A stretch of DNA of 32,000 nt from Methylorubrum extorquens (lineage in GTDB: Bacteria; Pseudomonadota; Alphaproteobacteria; Rhizobiales; Beijerinckiaceae), in NCBI GenBank assembly GCA_900234795.1, contig LT962688.1, positions 1,530,001-1,562,000 of the forward strand. Reading direction: 5' to 3'. Numbering within the stretch: the first letter of the stretch is position 1; every line of letters begins with the position of its first letter. Of this stretch, positions 23,960 to 32,000 are shown in pieces. Under the pieces are notes generated by a model. The model made no database searches, had not been told where the DNA came from, and saw only the letters and a list, made by a program, of their open reading frames with translations. The position numbers were made by a program, and so were the translations under genes.

Positions 23960-24514
23960 GTGCGGATCGTCGGCGGCGAATGGCGCGGGCGCAGGCTGGT
24001 TGGACCGAAGGCGGAGGGCATCCGCCCGACCTCCGACCGCCTGCGCGAGGCCCTGTTCAACGTGCTCGCCCACGCCTACGACGACGCGGTCGAGGATGCG
24101 GTGGTGCTCGACCTGTTCGCGGGTACCGGCGCCCTCGGCTTCGAGGCGCTGTCCCGCGGCGCGGCCCGCGCGCTCTTCGTGGACGAGGGGCGCCAGGCCG
24201 GCACCCTGATCCGCGCCGCGATCGCCGCCCTTGGCTGCGAGGACCGCGCCCTGCTGATCCCGCGCGACGCGACCCGGCCCGGACCTGCCCTGGACCGGCC
24301 CGCGACGCTGGCCTTCTGCGATCCGCCCTACCGGAAGAACCTTGCACCCGCGGCTCTCGCGGCGGCGGCCGGGGGCGGCTGGCTCAGCCCCGGCGCGCTG
24401 GTCCTCGTCGAGGAGGCCGCGGAGGCCGGCCCGGTCCTGCCACCGGGTTTCGAGGAACTGGAGCGGCGCAGCTACGGCGAGACGGTGGTGACCTTCGGTC
24501 GCTTTGCGGGTTGA
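23960..24514 (+). CDS. rsmD: 16S rRNA (guanine966-N2)-methyltransferase
   Basis: MRIVGGEWRGRRL..IRPTSDRLREALFNVL..VLDLFAGTGALGFEALSRGAARALFVD..AFCDPPY.. shows the RsmD motifs, including the DPPY site. GTG start. Confidence 0.88.
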   Translation: MRIVGGEWRGRRLVGPKAEGIRPTSDRLREALFNVLAHAYDDAVEDAVVLDLFAGTGALGFEALSRGAARALFVDEGRQAGTLIRAAIAALGCEDRALLIPRDATRPGPALDRPATLAFCDPPYRKNLAPAALAAAAGGGWLSPGALVLVEEAAEAGPVLPPGFEELERRSYGETVVTFGRFAG

Positions 24515-24586
24515 GCCCTTCGCCCGCGCCGTGAGGTCGCCCTATCTCGCTCGGGCCACGCCCGTCCGCGAGAGGAGCCCGCCTCC

Positions 24587-25517
24587 ATGCCGCCCGTCCC
24601 GCCGCTTTCCCGCCGAACCCTGTTGCAGGGCGCGGCCCTCACCGCCGGAGCGGGCTTCGCGCCGGCTCTGCTGCGCCCGGCCCGCGCCGCCGACGCCCTG
24701 ATCACCCGGCCGATCCCCTCCTCCGGTGAGCGGTTGCCGGCCATGGGCATCGGCACCTCGCGCCGCTACGAGGTGGCGGCGACGCCCGAGGCGACCGCGC
24801 CCTTGCGCGAGGCGGTCGAGCGCTTCGTCGCGCTCGGCGGCCGGGTGATCGATACCGCCCCGAGCTACGGCACCGCCGAGGACGTGCTCGGCCTGATCCT
24901 TGAGGGCCTGCGCGAAAAAAATCTTTCTCGCCACCAAGGTCGCGGCCCGCGGCCGGGAGGCGGCGCAGGCCGAGACCGAGCGCTCGTTCCAGCGCCTGCG
25001 CACGGACAAGATCGATCTCATCGCCGTGCACAACCTCGTCGACACGGAAGTGAACCTCGCGGTCCTGCGCGCTCTCAAGGAGAAGGGCCGCATCCGTTAT
25101 GTCGGCGTCACGGTCTGGCGCGACGAGCAGTTCCCCGAGCTTGAAACGGTGATGAAGCGGGAAAAGCTCGACTTCGTTCAGGTGAACTACGCCCTCGACA
25201 GCCGGGCGGCGGCCGAGCGCGTCCTGCCGCTGGCGGTTGAGCGCGGCGTGGCGGTGATGGTCAACGTGCCCTTCGGCCGCGACCGTCTGTTCAAGGCGGT
25301 GAAGGACAAGCCCCTGCCCGCGTTCGCCGCCGAATTCGGCTGCAAGAGTTGGGCGCAGTTCTTCCTCAAATACGTGCTCGCCAACGAGGCCGTGACCTGC
25401 CCGATTCCGGGCATGGCCAAGGCGAGTTACGTCGAGGACAACCTCGCCGCCGCGACCGGGCGGCTGCCGGACGCCGCCGAGCGGCGCAAGATGGAGGCCT
25501 TCATCGATGCGGTCTGA
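24587..25517 (+). CDS. aldo/keto reductase with a twin-arginine (Tat) signal peptide; as written it is broken by a +1 frameshift in the A7 run 24915-24921
   Basis: MPPVPPLSRRTLLQGAALTAGAGFAPALLRPARA|ADA is a Tat motif (SRRTLL) with an AxA cleavage site. The AKR body is ..MGIGTSRRY..VIDTAPSYGTAEDVLG..LEGLREK, then a frame switch, then IFLATKV..FQRLRTDKIDLIAVHNL..YVGVT..VNYAL..NVPFG.. Removing one A gives 310 codons. Confidence 0.82.
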
Positions 25518-25522
25518 TTGTT

Positions 25523-26245
25523 TTGGGATTTTTTTCCGTTCGGCGTGGGGTGCTGGCTCTGCTGGCCGGCATTCTTCTGCTTCCTGCCCTGCCCGCTTTC
25601 GCGCAGTCCGAAACGACCAAGAAAATCGGGATCATCGGGGCGGGCAATATCGGCGGCACGCTCGGCCGGCTCTGGATCAAGGCGGGCTACGAGGTGTTCT
25701 TCGCCTCCCGCCACCCCGAGGAGCTGAAGCCGCTGGTGGAAGAACTCGGGCCCAAGGCGCGGGCCGGCACCCCGGCAGAGGCGATCGCCTTCGGCAACGC
25801 CGTGCTGATCGCGGTGCCCTACAAGGCCTATCCGGACTTGGGGCGTGAGAACGCCGCGGCGCTCAAGAACAAGGTCGTGATCGATGCCGGCAACGCGGTG
25901 AAGGCCCGCGACGGGGCCGTCGCCGACGAGGTCGAGCGCGACGGCATCGGTGCGGTCTCGGCCAAGTATCTGGCCGGCGCCCACGTGGTGCGCGCCTTCA
26001 ATGCGGCCAACTACAAGATCTTCCACAAGAATGCCGGCCGGCCCGAGCCGCGCATGGCGGTGCCGATCGCCGGCAACGACCCGAAGGCGCTGGAGACCGC
26101 CCGCACCCTGGTCTCGGATGCCGGATTCGACCCGGTCGTGGTCGGCGAACTCAAGGCAGCCGACACCTTCGCCATGGGCTCGCCCGGCTTCGGCCATGAC
26201 CTCTCGGCGCCGGAGCTGAAGCAGAAGCTCGGGGTGAAGCCTTGA
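25523..26245 (+). CDS. NADP-binding Rossmann oxidoreductase (F420-dependent NADP reductase / P5C-reductase-like fold) with an N-terminal signal peptide
   Basis: (M)GFFSVRRGVLALLAGILLLPALPAFA|QSE, then KKIGIIGAGNIGGTLGRLWIKAGYEVFFASRHPEEL.. The start is uncertain. Candidates are TTG 25523, GTG 25550, or ATG 25507 if the T7 run 25529-25535 is one base too long. Confidence 0.78.
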   Translation: MGFFSVRRGVLALLAGILLLPALPAFAQSETTKKIGIIGAGNIGGTLGRLWIKAGYEVFFASRHPEELKPLVEELGPKARAGTPAEAIAFGNAVLIAVPYKAYPDLGRENAAALKNKVVIDAGNAVKARDGAVADEVERDGIGAVSAKYLAGAHVVRAFNAANYKIFHKNAGRPEPRMAVPIAGNDPKALETARTLVSDAGFDPVVVGELKAADTFAMGSPGFGHDLSAPELKQKLGVKP

Positions 26246-27618
26246 GCGAGGCCCCGGCCTCTTCGTCGGGCTTTTCGCTCTCTGACCGCCTCGCCCGCCT
26301 CGTCGATGTGAGGCCGGGCGAGGGCCCGGCGCTGGCTTGGTCCTGGGCCTACATCTTCGCGCTGCTCGCGAGCTACTACGTGCTGCGCCCGATCCGCGAC
26401 CAGATGGGCGTGGCGGGCGGCCTGGAAAACCTGCCCTGGCTGTTCCTGGCGACGCTGATCGGCATGCTGGCGCTGAACCTGCCCTTCGCCTGGCTGGTCA
26501 AGCGCCTGCCGCGGGCGCGCTTCGTGCCCCTCACCTACCGCTTCTTCATCCTCAACATCCTGATTTTTTCCGCCCTGATCGCGCTTACGGACGGTGAAAC
26601 CGCGGTCTGGGTGGGCCGAGCCTTCTTCGTCTGGCTCTCGATCTTCAACCTGTTCGTGGTCTCGATCTTCTGGGCCACGGTGGTGGACGTGTTCTCGACG
26701 GAACAAGGCAAGCGCCTGTTCGGCTTCATCGCGGCCGGCGCCACGCTCGGCGCGATCTGCGGCTCGGCGGTGACGGCGACGCTGGCGCGCGACGTGCCGA
26801 CCTGGGCGCTGCTCATCGCCGCCGCCGTGCTCCTGGAGGCGGCGGTCTTCGCCATGCACGGCCTCGCCCGCCTGATCGGGCGCCTCCACGAGGTGCCGGA
26901 GGATTCGCGGGCGGGCGAGGTGATCGGCGGCGACATCTGGGCCGGCATCCGGCGGACCTTCGCCTCGCCCTACCTCCTGAACATCGCGCTGTTTCTGGCG
27001 CTGTTCTCGATCACCGCGACCTTCCTGTATTTCGAGCAGGCGGCGGTGGCCAAGAACAACTTCCCCAGCCGGGGGGCGCAGACGGCCTTCTTCGCCAATG
27101 TCGATCTCGCCGTGAACGCCCTGACGCTCGGCGTGCAGCTCTTCCTCACCGGGCGCATCACGCGCTGGCTCGGCGTCGGGGTGACGCTGGCGCTGCTGCC
27201 GGCGGCGAGCATCGTCGGGTTCGCCGCACTCGCACTCTCGCCGAGCGTCGCCTCGGTGGTGGTGATCTACGTGCTGCGCCGGGCCGGCAACTTCGCCATC
27301 GCCCGGCCGGTGCGCGAGGTGCTGTTCACGGTGGTGCCGCGCGAGGACCGCTACAAGGCGAAGAGCTTCATCGACACGGTGGTCTACCGCCTCGGCGATC
27401 AGGTCGGCGCGTGGTCCCATGCGGGGCTGGCCGCGCTCGGTTTCGGCGGCCACGCTGCGGCGGTGGTGGCGGTGCCGCTCTCGGCGGCGTGGCTCCTCAA
27501 CGCGCTCTGGCTCGGCCGGGCGCAGGCGCGGCGGCAAGACGCGGCACAGCAAGACGCGGCACAGCTGGCGGCACAAGCAGACGACAATCCGGCGCCGTTG
27601 CCACCGCGCCCGGCCTGA
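26242..27618 (+). CDS. 12-TM transporter resembling the TLC / ATP:ADP antiporter (AAA) nucleotide-transporter family
   Basis: Three segments parallel Rickettsia Tlc1 as I recall it:
- ..VRPGEGPALAWSWAYIFALLASYYVLRPIRDQMGV.. parallels the LNYSTLRSIKDGFVV segment.
- ..FFVWLSIFNLFVVSIFWATVVDVFSTEQGKRLFGFIAAGATLGAICGS.. parallels ..LLFWQFANQI...AKRFY.MFGL.ANL...
- ..REVLFTVVPREDRYKAKSFIDTVVYRLGDQVGA.. parallels ..SLFDATKNMAYIPLD.DLRVKGQAAVEVIGGRLGK...
The TTG start overlaps the upstream stop (cTTGA). Confidence 0.75.
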   Translation: MSEAPASSSGFSLSDRLARLVDVRPGEGPALAWSWAYIFALLASYYVLRPIRDQMGVAGGLENLPWLFLATLIGMLALNLPFAWLVKRLPRARFVPLTYRFFILNILIFSALIALTDGETAVWVGRAFFVWLSIFNLFVVSIFWATVVDVFSTEQGKRLFGFIAAGATLGAICGSAVTATLARDVPTWALLIAAAVLLEAAVFAMHGLARLIGRLHEVPEDSRAGEVIGGDIWAGIRRTFASPYLLNIALFLALFSITATFLYFEQAAVAKNNFPSRGAQTAFFANVDLAVNALTLGVQLFLTGRITRWLGVGVTLALLPAASIVGFAALALSPSVASVVVIYVLRRAGNFAIARPVREVLFTVVPREDRYKAKSFIDTVVYRLGDQVGAWSHAGLAALGFGGHAAAVVAVPLSAAWLLNALWLGRAQARRQDAAQQDAAQLAAQADDNPAPLPPRPA

Positions 27619-27930
27619 GGTCAATTGTTGCAAAGGTTGTTTTCAGTTTAACCCTGTCGCTGCCGGGCGGATGCGATGCGCCTGGACAACGGGGACAGGC
27701 GGCGATGCGGCATCGCAGCGCGCGCATCTTTTCGGCGACAATCGGACATAGAACAGAAACAGTCGCCGTGCGGTATTCGTGGGATCATCCCGCGCCACGG
27801 CTCGGGCAAGGCTTCGCGTCTCTCACAAAATTCCCGTCGGCATGGCCCGGCTAAGGGCTGTCGGCGACCGGGTGTTTCGTGAGGCACTCTGACCGGACAT
27901 CCACCGGAGATCCAACTTCACCGGAGATTC

Positions 27931-30900
27931 ATGGGACTCGTCCAGTACGCCCTCAAGTTCCGCATCACGACCTACGTCCTCGCGGTGCTGATGATGCTCG
28001 GCGGCGTCAGCGCCATCGTCGTGACCCCGAAGGACGTGCTGCCGGCGGTCGATATCCCCGTCGTCGTCGTGGTCTGGACCTATACGGGCCTGTCCGCGCC
28101 GGAGATGGAGAAGCGGATCACGACCTATTCCGAGTTCGGAATCTCCAACAACGTCAACAACATCGCCCGGATGGAATCGACGAGCCTGCAGGGCACGTCG
28201 GTGATGAAGATCTACTTCGACCAGAGCGTCAGCATCGATCTGGCCATCGCCCAGGTCGTCTCCTCCACGAACTCGATCCGCGCGCTGATGCCGCCGGGCG
28301 TGCAGCCGCCCGTGATCGTGCGCTTCTCCGCCTCCTCGGTGCCGGTGATCCAGCTCGCGCTGACCTCGGCCAAGGACAGCCTCAACAAGGTCTACGACTA
28401 CGCCCAGTACCGCATCCGCCAGCGCCTGACCCAGGTGCCGGGCTCGACCTTGCCCTCCCCCTTCGGCGGCGCCCCGCGCCAAGTCATGGTCGATCTCGAC
28501 CTGCACGCGCTCCAGGCGCTCGGGATGACGCCGCTGGAGGTCACCAACGCGGTGACCTCGCAGAACCTGACGATCCCCTCGGGCCTCGCCAAGATCGGCG
28601 AGCAGCAATACCCGGTGCAGATGAACGCGACGCCGGACGCGATCGCGGCGTTGAACGAGATCCCGATCAAGGTGGTCAACGGCCAGCCGGTGCTGGTGCG
28701 CGACGTGGCCTATGTCCGCGACGGCGGCCCACCGCAGGTCAACGTGGTGCGCGCCGACGGCGCCGCCTCGGTGCTGATGCGGGTGTTGAAGAACGGCACC
28801 GCCTCGACGCTGGATGTCGTCAACAACGTCAAGGCGGCACTCCCCGACATCCGCGCGGCGGCCCCCGAGGGCATGGAGATCAAGCCGCTCTTCGACCAGT
28901 CGGTCTTCGTTTCGAACGCGATCGAGGGCGTGTGGCACGAAGCCGTCATCGCCGCCGCGCTGACGGGCCTGACCATCCTGCTGTTCCTCGGCTCGTGGCG
29001 CTCGACGCTGATCGTGCTCGTCTCGATCCCGCTCTGCCTGATGACCTCACTGGCGCTGCTGGCAGCACTCGGCCACACCATCAACGTGATGACGCTGGGC
29101 GGGCTGGCGCTCGCGGTCGGCATCCTCGTCGACGACGTGACGGTGGCGATCGAGAACACCTACCGCCTGTTCGAGGAGGGCAAGCCCTTCCGCAACGCCG
29201 TGGTCGAGGGCGCAGCCGGCATCGCCAAGCCGGCGCTGATCTCGACGCTGTCGATCTGCGCCGCCTTCGTCTCGGTCTTCGCGCTCACCGACACGCCGAA
29301 GTATCTGTTCACGCCGCAGGCGCTCGCGGTCGTGTTCGCGATGCTAACCTCCTACCTCCTCACCCGCACGCTCGTGCCGGTGATGATCGACGTGCTGGTG
29401 GCGCGCGAATACCTCCAGCACCACGGCGGCGAAGCGGACGCCCCGCGCCGCGGCCGGATCGAGCGGGCGCTTGTCTGGCTGCTCTCCCCCGTCTTCCGGC
29501 TGGCCGGCGCCTTCCGCCGCGGCTTCGAGGCGCGGTTCGACCGGTTCCACCGCGGCTATGTCGGGCTGCTCCACGCGGTCCTACGCCACCCGGTCGCGAC
29601 GGTGACCGGCGTCGTCCTGCTGTTTGCCGGCACCGGCGGGCTCTTCGTCTTTACGGGGCAGGACTACTTCCCGCAGGTCGAATCGAGCCAGATGACGATG
29701 CACCTGCGCACCCGGCCGGGGATGCGCATCGAGACCGCCGAGCAGACCTTCGCCGAGGTCGAGAAGGTGGTGCGCGAGGTGATCCCCGAGGATGAGATCG
29801 ACCAGATCCTCGACAATATCGGCCTGCCCTCGAACAACTACAACTTCGCCTTCTCCGACGGCTCCTTCGTCTCCTACAACGACGGGCAGATGCTCATCGA
29901 TTTGAAGGACGAGCACGGCCCGGTCGCCGAGTATCAGCGCCGCCTGCGCGAGATTCTGCGCGAGCGCTTCCCCGACATGATCGTCTATTTCCAGCCCTCC
30001 GACATCATCACGCAGATCCTCAACTTCGGCGTGATCGCGCAGATCGACGTGCAGGTCTCGGGCCGCAACACGGTGAAGGATCTGGCGGCCGCCCGGCGCA
30101 TCGAGGCGCGGTTGAAGGAGACCCCCGGCCTCGTCGATGTGCACCTGCATCAGATCGTCGATCAGCCGCAATTCTTCGTCGATGTCGACCGGCGGCTCGC
30201 CTCCGAACTCGGCCTGACCCAGCAGCAGGTGGCGCAAAGCCTCAACGTCTCGCTCTCGGGCTCCTTTCAGGTGAATCCGAACTTCTGGACTGACCCGAAG
30301 ACCGGCATCCCCTACCAGCTCTGGGTCCAGACGCCGGAATACCGCAACGCCTCGCTCACCGCCCTGCAGAACACCCCGCTCTTCGCCCGCGCCAATGCCG
30401 GCAGCGGGCCCGGGGCGCTGACGCTGCTGTCGAGCATCGCCACGATCACCCGCCAGCCGACGCAGACGGTGATCAACCACGTCAACACGCAGCCGACCTT
30501 CAACGTCTACGCCGCGGTGCAGGACCGCGACCTCGGCGCGGTCGCCCGCGACATCGACCGGATCGTCGCCGAGGAGCAGAAGACCCTGCCGGCTCCCGAC
30601 AAAATCTCCGTGCGCGGGCAGATCGAGAACATGCGCGCCGCCTTCTTCCGGCTCGGCATCGGCCTCGGCATCGCGGTCGTCGCCGTCTACCTCCTGATGG
30701 CGGTGAACTATCAGAGCTGGGGCGACCCCTTCGTGGTGCTGGCCGCCCTGCCGGTCGCCTTCTGCGGCATCGTCGCGAGCCTGTTCATCACCGGCACCGC
30801 CTTCTCGATCCCCTCCTTGTTCGGGGCGATCATGTCGGTGGGCATCGCCTCGGCCAACTCGATCCTGCTCGTCACCTTTGCCAAGGAACACCGGGAGGCG

Positions 30901-31161
30901 ACGGGCTGTTCGGCCCGTGAGGCGGCCATCGTCGCGGGCGAGACGCGGCTGCGGCCGGTGCTGATGACCGCGAGCGCGATGTTCTTGGGCCTGGTGCCGA
31001 TGGCGCTCGGCACCGGCGAGGGCGGCGAGCAGAACGCGGCCCTGGCGCGGGCCGTGATGGGCGGCATCGCGCTCGGCACGCCCTCGACCCTGCTGTTCGT
31101 GCCGTTCCTCTACAGCCTGCTGCGGCGGGGCGAGGCCAAGCCGCTCGAGGATTATGTCTGA
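27931..31161 (+). CDS. RND (AcrB/AcrD/AcrF-type) efflux transporter permease subunit, 1076 aa
   Basis: MGLVQYALKFRITTYVLAVLMMLGGVSAIVVTPKDVLPAVDIPVVVVVWTYTGLSAPEMEKRIT.. It has two large periplasmic loops and 12 TM segments. ..TLGGLALAVGILVDDVTVAIEN.. is typical of TM4. Confidence 0.92.
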   Translation: MGLVQYALKFRITTYVLAVLMMLGGVSAIVVTPKDVLPAVDIPVVVVVWTYTGLSAPEMEKRITTYSEFGISNNVNNIARMESTSLQGTSVMKIYFDQSVSIDLAIAQVVSSTNSIRALMPPGVQPPVIVRFSASSVPVIQLALTSAKDSLNKVYDYAQYRIRQRLTQVPGSTLPSPFGGAPRQVMVDLDLHALQALGMTPLEVTNAVTSQNLTIPSGLAKIGEQQYPVQMNATPDAIAALNEIPIKVVNGQPVLVRDVAYVRDGGPPQVNVVRADGAASVLMRVLKNGTASTLDVVNNVKAALPDIRAAAPEGMEIKPLFDQSVFVSNAIEGVWHEAVIAAALTGLTILLFLGSWRSTLIVLVSIPLCLMTSLALLAALGHTINVMTLGGLALAVGILVDDVTVAIENTYRLFEEGKPFRNAVVEGAAGIAKPALISTLSICAAFVSVFALTDTPKYLFTPQALAVVFAMLTSYLLTRTLVPVMIDVLVAREYLQHHGGEADAPRRGRIERALVWLLSPVFRLAGAFRRGFEARFDRFHRGYVGLLHAVLRHPVATVTGVVLLFAGTGGLFVFTGQDYFPQVESSQMTMHLRTRPGMRIETAEQTFAEVEKVVREVIPEDEIDQILDNIGLPSNNYNFAFSDGSFVSYNDGQMLIDLKDEHGPVAEYQRRLREILRERFPDMIVYFQPSDIITQILNFGVIAQIDVQVSGRNTVKDLAAARRIEARLKETPGLVDVHLHQIVDQPQFFVDVDRRLASELGLTQQQVAQSLNVSLSGSFQVNPNFWTDPKTGIPYQLWVQTPEYRNASLTALQNTPLFARANAGSGPGALTLLSSIATITRQPTQTVINHVNTQPTFNVYAAVQDRDLGAVARDIDRIVAEEQKTLPAPDKISVRGQIENMRAAFFRLGIGLGIAVVAVYLLMAVNYQSWGDPFVVLAALPVAFCGIVASLFITGTAFSIPSLFGAIMSVGIASANSILLVTFAKEHREATGCSAREAAIVAGETRLRPVLMTASAMFLGLVPMALGTGEGGEQNAALARAVMGGIALGTPSTLLFVPFLYSLLRRGEAKPLEDYV

Positions 31162-32000
31162 TGACGCCCGTCCGATCCGACCGGAGGATTCGCCCGTGAC
31201 CGACGGCGAGGACAAGAAAATCCCGCCGCCGCCGGGCAAGGGCGGCTTCGTGTGGGCCGGGCTGATCGCGCTCGGCCTGCTGGCCTATGGCGGCTACGGC
31301 CACTGGCAGCGGGCGGCCCGGGCCGAGTCGACGCGGGCCCGGCAGATGGAGTTCGTGCCGAAAGTGCGCACCGAGGAGGCCAAGCGCCTCGACGGGCCGA
31401 TCGAGCTGACCCTGCCGGGCCAGACCGAGCCCTTCGCCACCGCGCGGATCTATCCCCGCGCCACCGGCTACATCGCCGAGCGCCACGTCGATCTCGGCTC
31501 GCGGGTGAAGAAGGGCGACGTGCTCCTGCGCATCGCCGCCCCGGATCTCGACCAGCAACTCGCGCAAGCCGAGGCGCAGCTCGGGCAGCTCGAGGCCCAG
31601 CTCCTGCGGGCCCGGGCCATGGTCGATCAGGCCAAGGCCAACACGAACCTCGCCCAGGCCACCAACTCGCGCACCTCGACGCTCGCCGGCCAGGGCTGGG
31701 CCTCGAAGCAGAACGCCGACAACACCCAGGCCGGCGTGCTGGCGCAGCAGGCGAACCTCGCCTCGGCGGAGGCCGACGTGAAGGTGGCCCAGGCCAACAT
31801 CAAGGCGCAGCAGGCGACCGTGGGGCGGCTCAAGGCGCTGACCGGCTTCGAGATCGTCACCGCTCCCTTCGACGGGGTCGTGACCACCCGCAACGTCGAT
31901 GTCGGCGATCTCGTCCAGGCCGATGCCGGCTCCGGCTCGCCGCTCCTGTCGATGGACCGGGACGACGTGCTGCGCATCTCGGTCAACGTGCCGCAGAACG
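31154..32000 (+). CDS. RND efflux periplasmic adaptor (membrane fusion protein, HlyD-like); the 3' end lies beyond the window
   Basis: Own translation from ATG 31154: MSDDARPIRPEDSPVTDGEDKKIPPPPGKGGFVWAGLIALGLLAYGGYGHW..LPGQTEPFATARIYPRATGYIAERHVDLGSRVKKGDVLLRIAAPDLDQQLAQAEAQL..VTAPFDGVVTTRNVDVGDLV.. This shows a membrane anchor, a lipoyl/barrel-sandwich hybrid domain and a coiled-coil hairpin. It overlaps the permease stop by 8 nt (ATGTCTGA). It is not in the ORF track because it has no stop codon in the window. Confidence 0.88.
   Translation, partial: MSDDARPIRPEDSPVTDGEDKKIPPPPGKGGFVWAGLIALGLLAYGGYGHWQRAARAESTRARQMEFVPKVRTEEAKRLDGPIELTLPGQTEPFATARIYPRATGYIAERHVDLGSRVKKGDVLLRIAAPDLDQQLAQAEAQLGQLEAQLLRARAMVDQAKANTNLAQATNSRTSTLAGQGWASKQNADNTQAGVLAQQANLASAEADVKVAQANIKAQQATVGRLKALTGFEIVTAPFDGVVTTRNVDVGDLVQADAGSGSPLLSMDRDDVLRISVNVPQN

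Overview
High-GC (about 70%) alphaproteobacterial chromosomal segment. From protein similarities I infer Rhizobiales, possibly Methylobacteriaceae-like. It carries about 33 protein genes, most of them housekeeping.

Gene content, left to right:
- cysC (partial).
- A decayed integration hotspot around tRNA-Pro(CGG): a 415-bp internally deleted IS3-family element with intact inverted repeats, a 5'-truncated tyrosine integrase, and a degenerate IS5-family transposase.
- RpoHII-like sigma-32, carD/cdnL, fdxA.
- A secreted protein with a 4x internal repeat, acuI/yhdH-like reductase, GreA-like factor.
- prs, a DUF4170-like gene, xseA, an unknown membrane-anchored protein, purD, tadA.
- An SDR, a fluoroacetate-dehalogenase-like hydrolase, a PAS-GGDEF-EAL protein.
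- An ars cluster: arsR-arsC-acr3, with arsH divergent.
- A small DUF1328 stress protein behind a textbook GGAAC-N17-CGTT (sigma-EcfG) promoter.
- rluB with a roughly 400-aa R/G/P tail, rsmD.
- A three-gene unit: Tat-signal aldo/keto reductase, signal-peptide Rossmann NADP oxidoreductase, TLC (ATP/ADP-translocase)-like transporter.
- An RND permease followed by its adaptor, which is the reverse of the usual order.

Key caveat: five (possibly six) conserved genes are each broken by one extra base in a homopolymer run. This looks like sequencing or consensus error, not biology.

No CRISPR array, rRNA, prophage or obvious defence/toxin system was seen. The most system-like candidate is the exported-oxidoreductase plus nucleotide-transporter-like cluster at 24.6-27.6 kb, and that is hypothesis only.

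All calls come from reading the sequence and from remembered family motifs. No database search was run.
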